From Mobula hypostoma (Eukaryota), in the NCBI RefSeq assembly GCF_963921235.1, contig NC_086097.1, forward strand, positions 175,152,001 through 175,216,000: a stretch of DNA of 64,000 nucleotides, written 5' to 3'. The notes under the pieces are model-generated. The model was not told where the DNA came from. It saw nothing but the letters and a program-made list of their open reading frames with translations, and did not search any database. Each line of letters begins with the position of its first letter. Position 1 is the stretch's first letter. The position numbers were made by a program, and so were the translations under genes. Shown piece after piece: positions 52,715 through 64,000 of the stretch.

Positions 52715-53192
52715 TTGAGGGGTGACTGATAAGTTTGTGGCCTAAGGTAGAAAGAGTCAATTTTAGAAAACCTAGCACATTTACTTTTCAACATAGTCTC
52801 CTCGCACACTTAGTCCAGCGGTTGTGGAGCACACGGGTCCCTTCTTTGCAGAAGTGGTCCACAGCAGGGGTGATTGATAAGTTCGTGGCCTAAGGTAGAG
52901 GAGATGAGTTATACAGCTCTTGTTACATGCACATACAGTTCAGTTCTTTGAGTGAAAATGCAGAAAGTTTGAAGTTTCTGCTCATCTCCTTCTACCTTAG
53001 GCCACAAATTTATCAATCACCCCTGCTATGGACTACTTCTGGAGGTCCAAGATGCCGACTTCTACAAAGAAGGGATCCGTATGCTCCATGACCACTGGAC
53101 CAAGTGTGTAAATGTAGGAAAGATAAATGTGCTAGTTTTCTAAAATTGACTCCTCCTGCCTTAGGCCACAAACTTATCAATCACCCCCTGTA
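52715..53192. mobile_element. Mariner-derived non-autonomous palindromic element with nested TIRs
   Basis: TIR aggggtga(c/t)tgataagtt(t/c)gtggcctaagg occurs twice forward and twice inverted. Encodes mariner C-terminal remnant FYKEGIRMLHDHWTKCVNVG. Ends in TA. Confidence 0.82.
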
Positions 53193-53859
53193 GGAGATTG
53201 TACACGCTGGAATCTGGTACAATGCACAATCTGCTGGACAAACTCTGCGGTCGAGCAACAGCTGAGCAGGGAAGGGAATGGTCAACAATTCAGGTCAAAA
53301 CCCTGCTTCCAGACTGGGAGTGGAGTCCATAGACCATAAGATGTAGGAGCAAATAGGCGATTCAGCCCATCAAGTCTGCTCTGACATTCGATCACAACTG
53401 CAAAGTTGGGTGAGACAAGAATTAGAGCACATAGGTTTAGGGTGAAACGCAAAATATTTATGGAGAAGCTGAGTGGTACTTCTTCAATCAGAAGGCCGCA
53501 CAGCTGAGGAGCAAGCTGCCGGTGGAAGTGGTGGAAGCACATTCAATGTCAGCATTAAGTTTGGATAGGTACACGGATGGGTGATGTATGGCGGGCTGTG
53601 GTCTGGGTGCAGGTAGATGGAACTAGGCAGGTACAGACTAAATGGACCAAAGGATTTGTTTCTGTGCTCTAAGATTATGACTGGGTATTATGATGGATGG
53701 GCAGATGAAATATTAACCTCCACAGATGCTCCTTTACCACGAAGTTCTTCCAACAGTTTGTATTTGTATTTAATTACTGTTTTTTTTTAGGAAAAATAAA
53801 ATTATAGTATCCTTTTCTGATATTTCCTAAATGTGGGAGACATTGAAAATTTTACAGGG

Positions 53860-54571
53860 TGTTTTGGAATGGGGTCGGGTTTCACTGACGTAGAAGAGGC
53901 TGCACTGGGAACTCCAGGTATTGGACTCCGCTACATCTGTGAGACCTGATTGGGGGGCTGCTGTGACAACAACCTTTGCTCTGTCCACAACAGGCAGGAT
54001 TTCCTGGCAGCCATTTCAATTCCATTCCTCATTCCAACTTGTCTGTCCATGGCCTCCTCTACTGCCACAGTGAAGCTACTCTTAGGATGGAGCAGTAACA
54101 CCTCATATTCTGTCTGGGTTCCCTCTAGCTTGATGGCATGAACATAAATTTCTCTTAACATCCAGTAATTTCTCCCCATTACTCCCTCTCTTTTTCCATT
54201 CCAGCAACCCCTTACCTCTTCTCTTCTTACTTGCCAATCACCTCCCTTTGGTGCTCCTTCTCTTTCCGTGATGATCCACTGTCCTCTCCTATCAGATTCC
54301 TCCTCCTTCAGGCCTTTACCTTTTCCACCTATCACCTCCCAGCTTTACACTTTATCCTTGCTATCCAGCCATCTTCCCCCTCATCTGGCCTCACCTATCA
54401 ACTGCCAGCTTGTATGCCTTCCTCTCAGCTACCTCCATATTCTGGCTTCTTCCCCCTTCTTTTCCAGTCCTGATGAAGGGTTTTGGCCTAAATGTCGATT
54501 GTTTAATCGCCTTCATTGATGCTGCCTAACCTGCTGAGTTCCTCCAGCACTTTGTGTATGTTGCTCTGGAT
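53860..54571 (+). mobile_element. Degenerate Penelope-like 3' fragment with short inverted 5' piece and degenerate hammerhead (54465-54501)
   Basis: Similar to 43200-43778. Contains cagtc-ctgatga-agg-gttttgg-cct-aaatgtc-gattg. The tail continues at 55094-55130. Confidence 0.75.
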
Positions 54572-55093
54572 CACTGTTCCCTCTAAACTGTGCAGGTGGG
54601 TAGCCACTCAGTAACTTGAAGTGCTCCTGTGCATGTAGGCTTTGTTGCTGAGCAGATGGAATTTTCTTTTATATGATATTAATATAGTTTTGAAATTATG
54701 ATGATTGTGAAATACCCTGTAATTAATTACCTGATAATGAATACATAAATTTTCTAAATAATGATTGTACCACACTTACACTTCAAAACATTTTAGAAAA
54801 TTTACATTGGTCAGTGTTTCAAATTACAACACCGTTACAAATTGTAACAATAAACACAGAATGGAAGTTGGTAGCTTGTTGTTAATAATCCATTGTCAAA
54901 GCATTTTACTTTTACCATTGTACTTGTCAGTTGTTTTGACTGTCTGATGTTGTTTACTTGTGTTGTAAGTTGTGCTTTGTGTCTGCTTGATGTGCATATT
55001 ACAAAAAGAACATTTAAAGTGTGGTGCAGTATTCAGGCAGTGTAAAAAAAATTTCTGCTCAGATCAATGGTTGGTCTGCATAGCTGTAAAATA
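54572..55093. mobile_element. Putative hAT-type non-autonomous DNA element
   Basis: Splits the PLE tail. 8-bp duplication ctctggat at 54564-54571 and 55094-55101. Left end cactgttccctctaa; right TIR not evident. Confidence 0.55.
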
Positions 55094-55224
55094 CTCTGGA
55101 TTTCCAGCATCTGCAGAATCTTTTGTGTCTGACAACCCTAATTAATGCAGGTTAGCACCACTGTGACCACTTGGGCACTAAAGTGGATGATTTTTGTTCT
55201 AATTGCATTTCTTTCTTGTTAAGA

Positions 55225-56474
55225 TTAGAAACATAGAAACATAGAAAATAGGTGCAGGAGTAGGCCATTTGGCCCTTCGAGCCTGCACCGCCATTTATTA
55301 TGATCATGGCTGATCATCCAACTCAGAACCCAGCCTTCCCTCCATACCCCCTGACCCCTGTAGCCACAAGGGCCATATCTAACTTCCTCTTAAACACAGC
55401 CAATGAACCGGCCTCAACAGTTTGCTGTGGCAGAGAATTCCACAGATTCACCACTCTCTGTGTGAAGAGGTTTTTCCTAATCTCGGTCCTAAAAGGCTTC
55501 CCCTCTATCCTCAAACTGTGACCCCTCGTTCTGGACCTCCCCAACATCGGGAACAATCTTCCCGCATCTAGCCTGTCCAATCCCTTTAGGATCTTATACG
55601 TTTCAATCAGATCCCCCCTCAATCTTCTAAATTCCAACGAGTACAAGCCCAGTTCATCCAGTCTTTCTTCATATGAAAGACCTGCCATCCCAGGAATCAA
55701 TCTGGTGAACCTTCTTTGTACTCCCTCTATGGCAAAGATGTCTTTCCTCAGATTAGGGGACCAAAACTGCACACAATACTCCAGGTGTGGTCTCACCAAG
55801 GCCTTGTACAACTGCAGTAGTACCTCCCTGCTCCTGTACTCGAATCCTCTCGCTATAAATGCCAGCATACCGTTCGCCTTTTTCACCGCCTGCTGTACCT
55901 GCATGCCCACTTTCAATGACTGGTGTATAATGACACCCAGGTCTCGTTGCACCACCCCTTTTCCTAATCGGCCACCATTCAGATAATAATCTGTTTTCCT
56001 ATTTTTGCCACCAAAGTGGATAACTTCACATTTATCCACATTAAATTGCATCTGCCATGAGTTTGCCCACTCACCCAACCTATCCAAGTCACCCTGCATC
56101 CTCTTAGCATCCTCCTCACTGCTAACACTGCCACCCAGCTTTGTGTCATCCGCAAACTTGGAGATGCTGCATTTAATTCCCTCATCCAAGTCATTAATAT
56201 ATATTGTAAACAACTGGGGTCCCAGCACTGAGCCTTGCGGTACCCCACTAGTCACCGCCTGCCATTCTGAAAAGGTCCTGTTTATTCCCACTCTTTGCTT
56301 CCTGTCTGCTAACCAATTCTCCACCCACACCAATACCTTACCCCCAATACCGTGTGCTTTAAGTTTGCACACTAATCTCCTGTGTGGGACCTTGTCAAAA
56401 GCCTTTTGAAAATCCAAATATACCACATCCACTGGTTCTCCCCTATCCACTCTACTAGTTACATCCTCAAAAAA
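55225..56474 (-). mobile_element. Young 5'-truncated CR1 with uninterrupted 375-aa RT C-terminal ORF
   Basis: ORF 55323-56450 (YLDFQKAFDKVP, QGSVLGP, KFADD), intact 3' UTR and (TCTATGTT)n tail. Confidence 0.96.
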
Positions 56475-57681
56475 GTTTAACTTGTGCTTAATTTATGTTT
56501 TTCTCATGAATGCTGCTTATTATGCTATGTGCCTGTGATACTGCCGAAAGTAAGTTTTTCCATTGCATCTGTCTATAAATGTACTTGTGTATATGATAAT
56601 AAACTCTACTATAGGTGTAGGATTTACCATTGGTTTGTTATGAAACTACCGGGAGAGTGGGGTAAAGAGGGCTGTTAGACCAGGGTAACCATGTGGATAA
56701 GCTGTAAACAAGAACACGAGATTCTGCAGATGCTGGAAATTTACAACATCACATGCAAATTGCTGGAGCAATTTAACAGGTCAGGCATCATCTTTGGAGA
56801 GGAATAAACAGTTGACGCTTCGTGTTGAGACGCTTTATCTGCAAACAAGATTACCTAGTCACTGGGTGAGTATGCAGCAGTTTGAGGAGAACATGGACGA
56901 AAGAATGTAGCATATGTGAAATGCAGAACAGAGAGACATCAGCCACAGAGAGAGAAGAGGAAAAAATGAGGCAATATTACAGATGGATGACTGATACCAA
57001 CTGAGAAATAAAGTTACCCGAAAATATTTTCAAAGATGTTGCCGGGGCTGGAGAACTTGAGTTACAAGGAAAAATTGAGTAGGTTAGAACTGTATTCCTT
57101 AGAATGTAGAAGATTGTGAGGAGATTTGATAGAGGTATACAAAATTATGTAGATAGGTATAGATAGGGTAAATACAAGCAGGATTTTTCCATCAAGGTTG
57201 GGTGGAGCTACAACCAGAGGTCATGGGTTAAGGGTGAATAGTGAGAAGTTTAAGGGGAAACTTCTTTGCTCAGAGGGTCATGAGTATGTGGAATGAGTTA
57301 CCAGCATAAGTGGTGCATGCAAGCTTGATTTCAACATTTAGATGTTTGAATAGGTACATGGATAGTAGGGGTATGGAGGGCTTATGGTCCTGGTGCAGGT
57401 CAATGGGAGTAGGCAGTTTAAATGGTTTCAGCATGGACTAGGTGAGCCAAAGGGCCTGCTTCTGTGCTGTACTTCTCTATGACTCTATAAAGAACTCCAT
57501 ACCAAATCCAGAAGAATGCAGTGTGCCCAGGTGGAAAATGAGGTGCTGTTCCTCTGGTTTGTATTGGGCCTCACTGCAACAGTTCAGGTCAAAGACTGAT
57601 ACGTCAGAGTGGGAGGAGGTTGAAAAGCAAAATGGTAGCATCATCAAGCTTAAGGTCCCCTCTGTGGACTAAACGTCTGCA

Positions 57682-60535
57682 AAGTGATCACCAAACTAGA
57701 TTTGCAGGGGGAGGGGAACCAGAGTGTTAGAGCAGATAGTGAGGTGGAGGAGGATAAAGGTCATGCGAGAACTGCAAGTATAGTGCATGGAGTAAAGCCA
57801 GATCTAACATATAGAGACACTTTGAGGAAAGAGAAGCAGAATAAAGGGTGTAAAAGTAGTAAGTTAGAAGGGCTAAAGGACGTGTACTTCAATGCAAGAA
57901 GCATCAGGAACAAAGGTGATGAACTGAGAGCTTGGATACATACATGGAATTATGATGTTGTGGGCATTACAGAGACTTAGCTGGCACCAGGGCAGGAATG
58001 GATTCTCAATATTCCTGGATTTCAGTGTTTTAAAAAGGATGGGGGGGGGAGGGGAGGAGGGGTCGAATTACTGGTCAGGGATACCATTACAGCTACAGAA
58101 AGGGTGTGTAATGTAGCAGGATCCTCTTTTGAGTCAGTATGAGTAGAAGTCAGGAACAGGAATGGAGCAGTTACTCTATTGGGAGTATTCTATAGGCCCC
58201 CTGGTAGCAGCAGAGATACCGAGGAGCAGATTGGGAGGCAGTTTTTGGTAAGGTGCAAAAAATAACAGGGTTGTTATAATGGGTGACTTTAACTTCCCCA
58301 ATATTGATTGGCACCTGATTAATTCCAATGGTTTAGACGAAGCAGAGTTTGTTAAGTGTGTCCAGGATGGATTCCTGTCACAATATGTTGACAGGTCGAA
58401 TAGGGGGAATGCCATACTAGATCAAGTAAATTGAGGCTATAATGCTAGAACTTGTGGGTATGAATTGGGATGATGTTTTTGCAGGGAAATGTACTATGGA
58501 CATGTGGTCGATGTTTAGGGATTTCTTGCAGGATGTTAGGGATAAATTTGTCCCAGTGAGAAAGATAAAGAATGGTAGGGTGATGGAACCATGGGTGACA
58601 AGTGAGGTGGAAAATCTAGTCAGGTGGAAGAAGGCAGCATACATGAGGTTTAGGAAGCAAGGATCAGATGGGTCTGTTGAGGAATACAGAGTAACAAGAA
58701 AGGAGCTTAAGAAGGGGCTGAGGAGAGCAAGAAGGGGACATGAGAAGGCCTTGGCGAGTAGGGTAAAGGAAAACCCCAAGGCATTCTTCAATTATGTGAA
58801 GAACAAAATGAAGACAGGAGTGAAGGTAGGACCAATTAGAGATAAAGGTGGGAAGATGTGCCTGGAGGCTGTGGAAGTGAGTGAGGTCCTCAATGAATAC
58901 TTCTTTTCGGTATTCACCAATGAGAGGGAACTTGATGAAGGTGAGGACAATGTGAGTGAGGTTGATGTTCTGGAGCATGTTGATATTAAGGGAGAGGTGG
59001 TGTTGGAGTTGTTAAAATACATTAGGATGGATAAGTCCCCAGGCTGCTCCACGAGGCAAGGGAAGAGATTGCTGAGCCTCTGGCTAGGATCTTCATGTCC
59101 TCATTGTCCATGGGAATGGTACCGGAGGATTGGAGGGAGGCGAATGTTGTCCCCTTGTTCAAAAAAGGTAGTAGGGATAGTCTGGGTAATTATAGACCAA
59201 TGAGCCTTACGTCTGTGGTGGGAGAGCTGTTGGAAAAGATTCTTAGAGACAGGATCTATGGGCATTAAGAGAATCATGATCTGATCAGGGACTTTGTGAA
59301 GGGCAGATCATGTCTAACAAGCCTGATAGAATTCTTTGAGGTGGTGACCAGGTATATAGATGAGGATAGTGCAATGGATGTGATCTACATGGATTTTAGT
59401 AAGGCATTTGACAAGGTTCCACATGGTAGGCTTGTTCAGGAAGTCAGAAGGCATGGGATCCAGGGAAGTTTGGCCAGGTGGATTCAGAATTGGCTCGCCT
59501 GCAGAAGGCAGAGGGTGGTGGTGGAGGGAGTACATTCAGAATGGAGGATTGTGACTAGTGGTGTCCCACAAGGATCTGTTCTGGGACCTCTGCTTTTTGT
59601 GATTTTTATTAACGACCTGGATGTGGGGGTAGAAGGGTGGGTTGGCAAATTTGCAGACGACACAAAGGTTGGTGGTGTTGTAGATAGTGTAGAGGATTGT
59701 CGAAGATTGCAGAGAGATATTAAGAGGATGCAGAAGTGGGCTGAGAAGTGGCAGATGGAGTTCAACATGGGGAAGTGTGAGGTGGTACATTCTGGAAGGA
59801 CAAACTCCAAGGCGGAGTACAAAGTAAATAGCAGGATACTTGGTAGTGTGGAGGAGCAGAGGGATCGGGGGGTACATGTCCACAGATCCCTGAAAGTTGC
59901 CTCACAGGTAGATAGGGTAATTAAGAAAGCTTATGGGGTGTTAGCTTTCATAAGTCGAGGGATAGAGTTTAAGAGTCACGGGGTAATGATGCAGCTCTAT
60001 AAAACTCTGGTTAAACCACACTTGGAGTACTGTGTCCAGTTCTGGTCACCTCACTATAGGAAGGATGTGGAAGCATTGGAAAGGGTACAGAGGAGATTTA
60101 CCAGGATGCTGCCTGGTTTAGAGAGTATGCATTATGATCAGAGATTAAGGGAGCTGGGGCTTTACACTTTGGAGAGAAGGAGAATGAGAGGAGACATGAT
60201 AGAGGTATACAAGATATTAAGAGGAGTAGATAGAGTGGACAGCCAGCACCTCTTCCCCAGGGCACCACTGCTCAATACAAGAGGACATGGCTTTAAGGTA
60301 AGGGCTGGGAAGTTCAAGGGGATATTAGAGGCAAGTTTTTTACTCAGAGAATGATTGGTGCGTGGAATGCACTGCCTGAGTCAGTGGTGGAGGCAGATAC
60401 ACTCGTGAAATTCAAGAGACTGCTAGACAGGTATATGGAGGGATTTAAGGTGGGGGTTATAGGGGAGGTAGGGTTTAAGGGTTGGCACAACATTGTGGGC
60501 TGAAGGGCCTGTACTGTACTATTCTATGTTCTATG
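57682..60535 (+). mobile_element. CR1 LINE ORF2 (endonuclease and RT) with internal deletions
   Basis: YFNARSIRNK, VVGITET, YMDFSKAFDKVPH and KFADDTK. ctatgttctatg tail. Confidence 0.94.
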
Positions 60536-60539
60536 TCCA

Positions 60540-62813
60540 GACTGTGTTTGATCTTCTAAGTATAGAGGAGACCACATTGTGAACAAGAAATGAAATAAAC
60601 TAGATTGGAATTGCAAGTAGATTGCTGCTTCAGCTTTTGTCCCTGGATGGTGTGAAAATAGTACAAGATTTCTACTACCTGTGGTTGTAAGGGAAAGTGC
60701 TGTGTGGAAGGAAGGAAGAATGGACCAGGGAGTCATGTAAAGGACTATCCCTGTGAAATTCTGAGAGGGGAGGAGAGGATAAGGCGTGTCTGCTGGGGGT
60801 GGAAAAAAAATCACTGAAGGTGACAGAAACTACAGAGAGCAGTCTGTTGAATGCAGAGGTTGGTGGGGTGGAAGGTGGGGATTGGAAACTCTATTGTTTT
60901 GCTCTTATTCCTTCCATCTGCCCCACCTCTTTCCAGACCAGTTTCTCAGGTTTGTGTTGGGCCTCATTGCAAGAATGCAGATCACAAACTGGTAAGTCAT
61001 AATGGGAACTGCCATTCACTGCCACCAACCTTGCACTGCTTGTTTCTGCCTCCTACCCAAGATCGACGAACCTTACTTCCTCATAGGCCCATTATTTCTG
61101 CCTGCATCTGCCCCCCTGAAAATGTGCCTGCATACCTCGACCCTGTTTTATCCCCCTTGGTTCAGTCCCTTCCCACCTATAGTCACACTTCACATGCTCT
61201 CAGTCTTCTCAAATAACTTTTTCTTTCCTTGGCCTGATCACCTCACTTTCTCATCGATGTCCAGTTACTATCCAATTCTATTCTCCCCATCGAGGCCTAA
61301 AGCTCCCCATTTCTTTCTTGACAACAGACCAGATCAATCCCCCTCCACCACCTCCACTTTCTGTCTGGTAGAATGATTTCTCTTTTGGCTTCTTCCACTT
61401 TCTCTAAACCCAAAGGTGTAGCTATAGGCCCCCCGTGTGGGCGTCAGTTACGCTGCCTTTTCATTGGCTAGGTCCAAGTCCATGATCCAAGCTAATATTC
61501 CCCAACTCTTTCTCTGCTACACTGACAATTGCATTGGTGCTGCTTCATGCACCCATGCTGAGCTCAATTTTGTCTCCAATTTCCACCCAGCCTGGTCTAT
61601 TTCTGACACCCCTCTCCCCTTTTCTCCATCTGTCTACCAATACCTTTTATAAACCCAGACACCCACAGCTATCTTGACAGCACCTCTTCCAGTCTCCTGT
61701 AAAAATGCTTTCCTTCATCACTGATGCTACCCTCACCCCAAACTCCTCCATTTCCCAAACATCTGCCCTCACCCCATCTACCTGCCATTAACAGGGATAG
61801 AGTTCCTCTTGTCCTTGCTTACCAACTCATGAGCCACCACATCCAGAACATTATTGTCTGCAACATCTGCCATCTTCAATGGGACCCTACCACCAAACAC
61901 ATCTTTACCTCCTCCTCCCAACACTATTCTCTGCTTTCCACAGGGATTGCCTCCATGATTCCCTTGTCCATTTATCCCTCCCCACTAATCTTCTTCCCGT
62001 CACTTACCCCTGCAAGTGGCAGAAATGCTACACCTACCCATTTACCACCTTCTTGACCTACATTCAGTGCCCAAAACACTCCTTCCAGGTGAGGCAACAC
62101 TTCACCTGCAAATCTATGGGGTCATCATCTGTATCCAGTACTCCCATTACAACCTCTTCTACATTGATGAGACCAGATACAGATTGGGGCTATGTTGAGC
62201 GCCTCTGCTTCATTCGTAAAAAGCAAGATTTCCCACGGCAGTGGCAGTTTCCCAGTCCCAGTTTCCCATTTTAATTCCAAACCCAATCGATGCATGACCT
62301 CCACTTTTGCCACAATGAGGTCAATATGTCAAGTCAGAGAAGCAACACTTCATATTTCATCTGTGTAGCCTCCAACCTGATGGTATAAACATTGATTTCT
62401 CTAACCTGGTATTTTTCCTCTCTTTTCCTTTTCTTCAATTGTCCACTCTGGCTCCCTTCTTACCTTCTCTCTTCTCCTTACCCACCTACCATCTCCCACT
62501 GGTGCGCCTCCTTTTCTTTCTCTAATGGTCCACTCTCCTCTCCTATCAGATTCCTTGTTCTCTAGCCCTTTCCCCTTTCTACCCATCACATCCATACTTC
62601 ATCCGCCCCTCCTCCAACCACCAGGCTTCACCTATCTTCCCTTTCCCTCCCCCACCTTTTCTGGATTCTACCTCCTTCCTTTCCAGTCCCAATGAATGGT
62701 CTTGGTTTCAAACGTCAACTGTATATTCATGACAATAGATGCTGCCTGACCTGAGTTCCTCCAGCATTTTGTGTGTTGTTCTGAATTTCCAGCATCTGCA
62801 GAATATCTTGTGT
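60540..62813 (+). mobile_element. Old Penelope-like element (RT and GIY-YIG remnants) with inverted 5' segment
   Basis: RT remnants KGVAIG..GVSYA and LCYTDNCIG, NRDRVPLVLAY, YPCKWQKCYT and FYIDET. 60540-60890 is inverted. Degenerate hammerhead near 62685-62720. Confidence 0.8.
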
Positions 62814-62869
62814 CCAGACCATTTTACCTCCTTTTGGCCCCTTTCTAAGTGTGACTGTGGGGGGAAAGA

Positions 62870-64000
62870 AATTTACATACAATACATACATTCATTTGCT
62901 AAATTTATTTCAACAAATCAACTTAGAAATTCATTGCATTTTAACAAACTTTAGAACATGTAAACATACTTGCTATGTTTTTGAAACAGGTATAAATACA
63001 TTTGTTTAACTTTAGTAATCAAGGTAATTACAAAAGCACAACAAATACCACGTCATAACCAATTAAGGCAGGTTATCGGGAGCATAATGACCATTATTTA
63101 AACTTTGCAAAATCTTTGCTGTCCTGGGTCAAACTCATTTACAGGTTTGACACAGATTAGTGGACAAAGTACCATTAGTATCAGCTCATTAAACTTCGGC
63201 CCCATTTACTTCCACTGTGTAGTTTAAACATTTCACATCCATTTAAAAAAAAAATCATGGCTTGGTATGATCAGGTTAACTCAAGGAGGTGATGGAACAT
63301 ACAATGGTCCTTTATCAAGAGAATGTATGGCTGGTAAAGTTATTAAAGAATGCATGTGGCTTTGCATGCACTAGTTACTTCTAACAATACTTGCCAGCAC
63401 TGCAAAGTAGACTGGAGATTTATCTGTGTGGTTATGGTTTAGATTCTGACCAGACTACAAATTTAATAATTGGTGGTTTTCTTTAGTATTTGTGCTTCAA
63501 CTCTATTTTCAAACCTTGCATTTCAAGTAATTCCATTTGTCCACATGCAATTTAATTTTATCCTGTGCACCCATCCCTTCTTTCTGGCCTGCCAAGGTGT
63601 GTGGAAGCACTGGCAATGAGACCTGTGACCAACACCAGTCGCTCTGCTGTCAGTGATCAGTACTCAGTTAGACTGTGCAGTTTGACAAAACCTGGTGACT
63701 ACTGAGAGGTGTTGACATGCATGCATCTCGGGTGGGGGATGCTAAGTGCAGTATTAATCCAAAATCCAGGTTGTGCAGACCCACTTTAATCATTGGTGGG
63801 ATGCCATCACAAGATTATTTTATGGAGAAATGTGTCTATGGATATTTTGTCGTGCCTTTTCAGGAGTTAATTGGCACAAAACGTCACATGCATCTGGTAA
63901 ATTTTATCCCATATCCACCCTCCCCACTGTTTTGAATCAACCTTTAATTGCAATTTTCCTTTAACATTTTTCTTTCTAAACTACAGGTTAAGGCAGTAAA
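62870..64000 (-). other. Non-repetitive AT-rich sequence, possible 3' UTR of an upstream minus-strand gene
   Basis: No recognisable transposon. AATAAA on the minus strand at 62904-62909 near the left edge. Confidence 0.25.

Noticed and set aside
55323..56450. 375-aa ORF as a host or domesticated gene
   Set aside because: It is a 5'-truncated CR1 with a typical tail and near-identical copies nearby. Its integrity reflects youth.
63955..64000. Plus-strand splice acceptor (pyrimidine tract then ctacag)
   Set aside because: Only 14 nt follow, and no supporting plus-strand exons were found.

Overview
Vertebrate genomic DNA, not prokaryotic. The repeat content (abundant CR1 with (TCTATGTT)n tails, Rex1/Babar, tRNA-SINEs and Penelope-like elements) suggests a cartilaginous fish, probably a ray; this is an inference. 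Most of the window is transposon-derived. The only clear host gene is a LAPTM4B-like gene on the minus strand, with coding exon 1 at 28415-28510 and exon 2 at 9398-9509, separated by an intron of about 18.9 kb. Further exons were not found and presumably lie left of the window. The most interesting signal is a family of minimal type I hammerhead ribozymes at the 3' ends of GIY-YIG Penelope-like retroelements. This family includes a very young ~226-bp foldback insertion (41739-41964) made of two inverted hammerheads in a 93-bp-arm hairpin and flanked by a target-site duplication, plus older degenerate relatives. Other notable items are a 34-bp minisatellite derived from CR1 sequence, a mariner-derived nested palindrome, a solo LTR, an AT-rich RTE, a local inverted duplication and an in-frame uORF ahead of the LAPTM4B-like start. 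Boundaries of old repeats are approximate, and no database searches were run.
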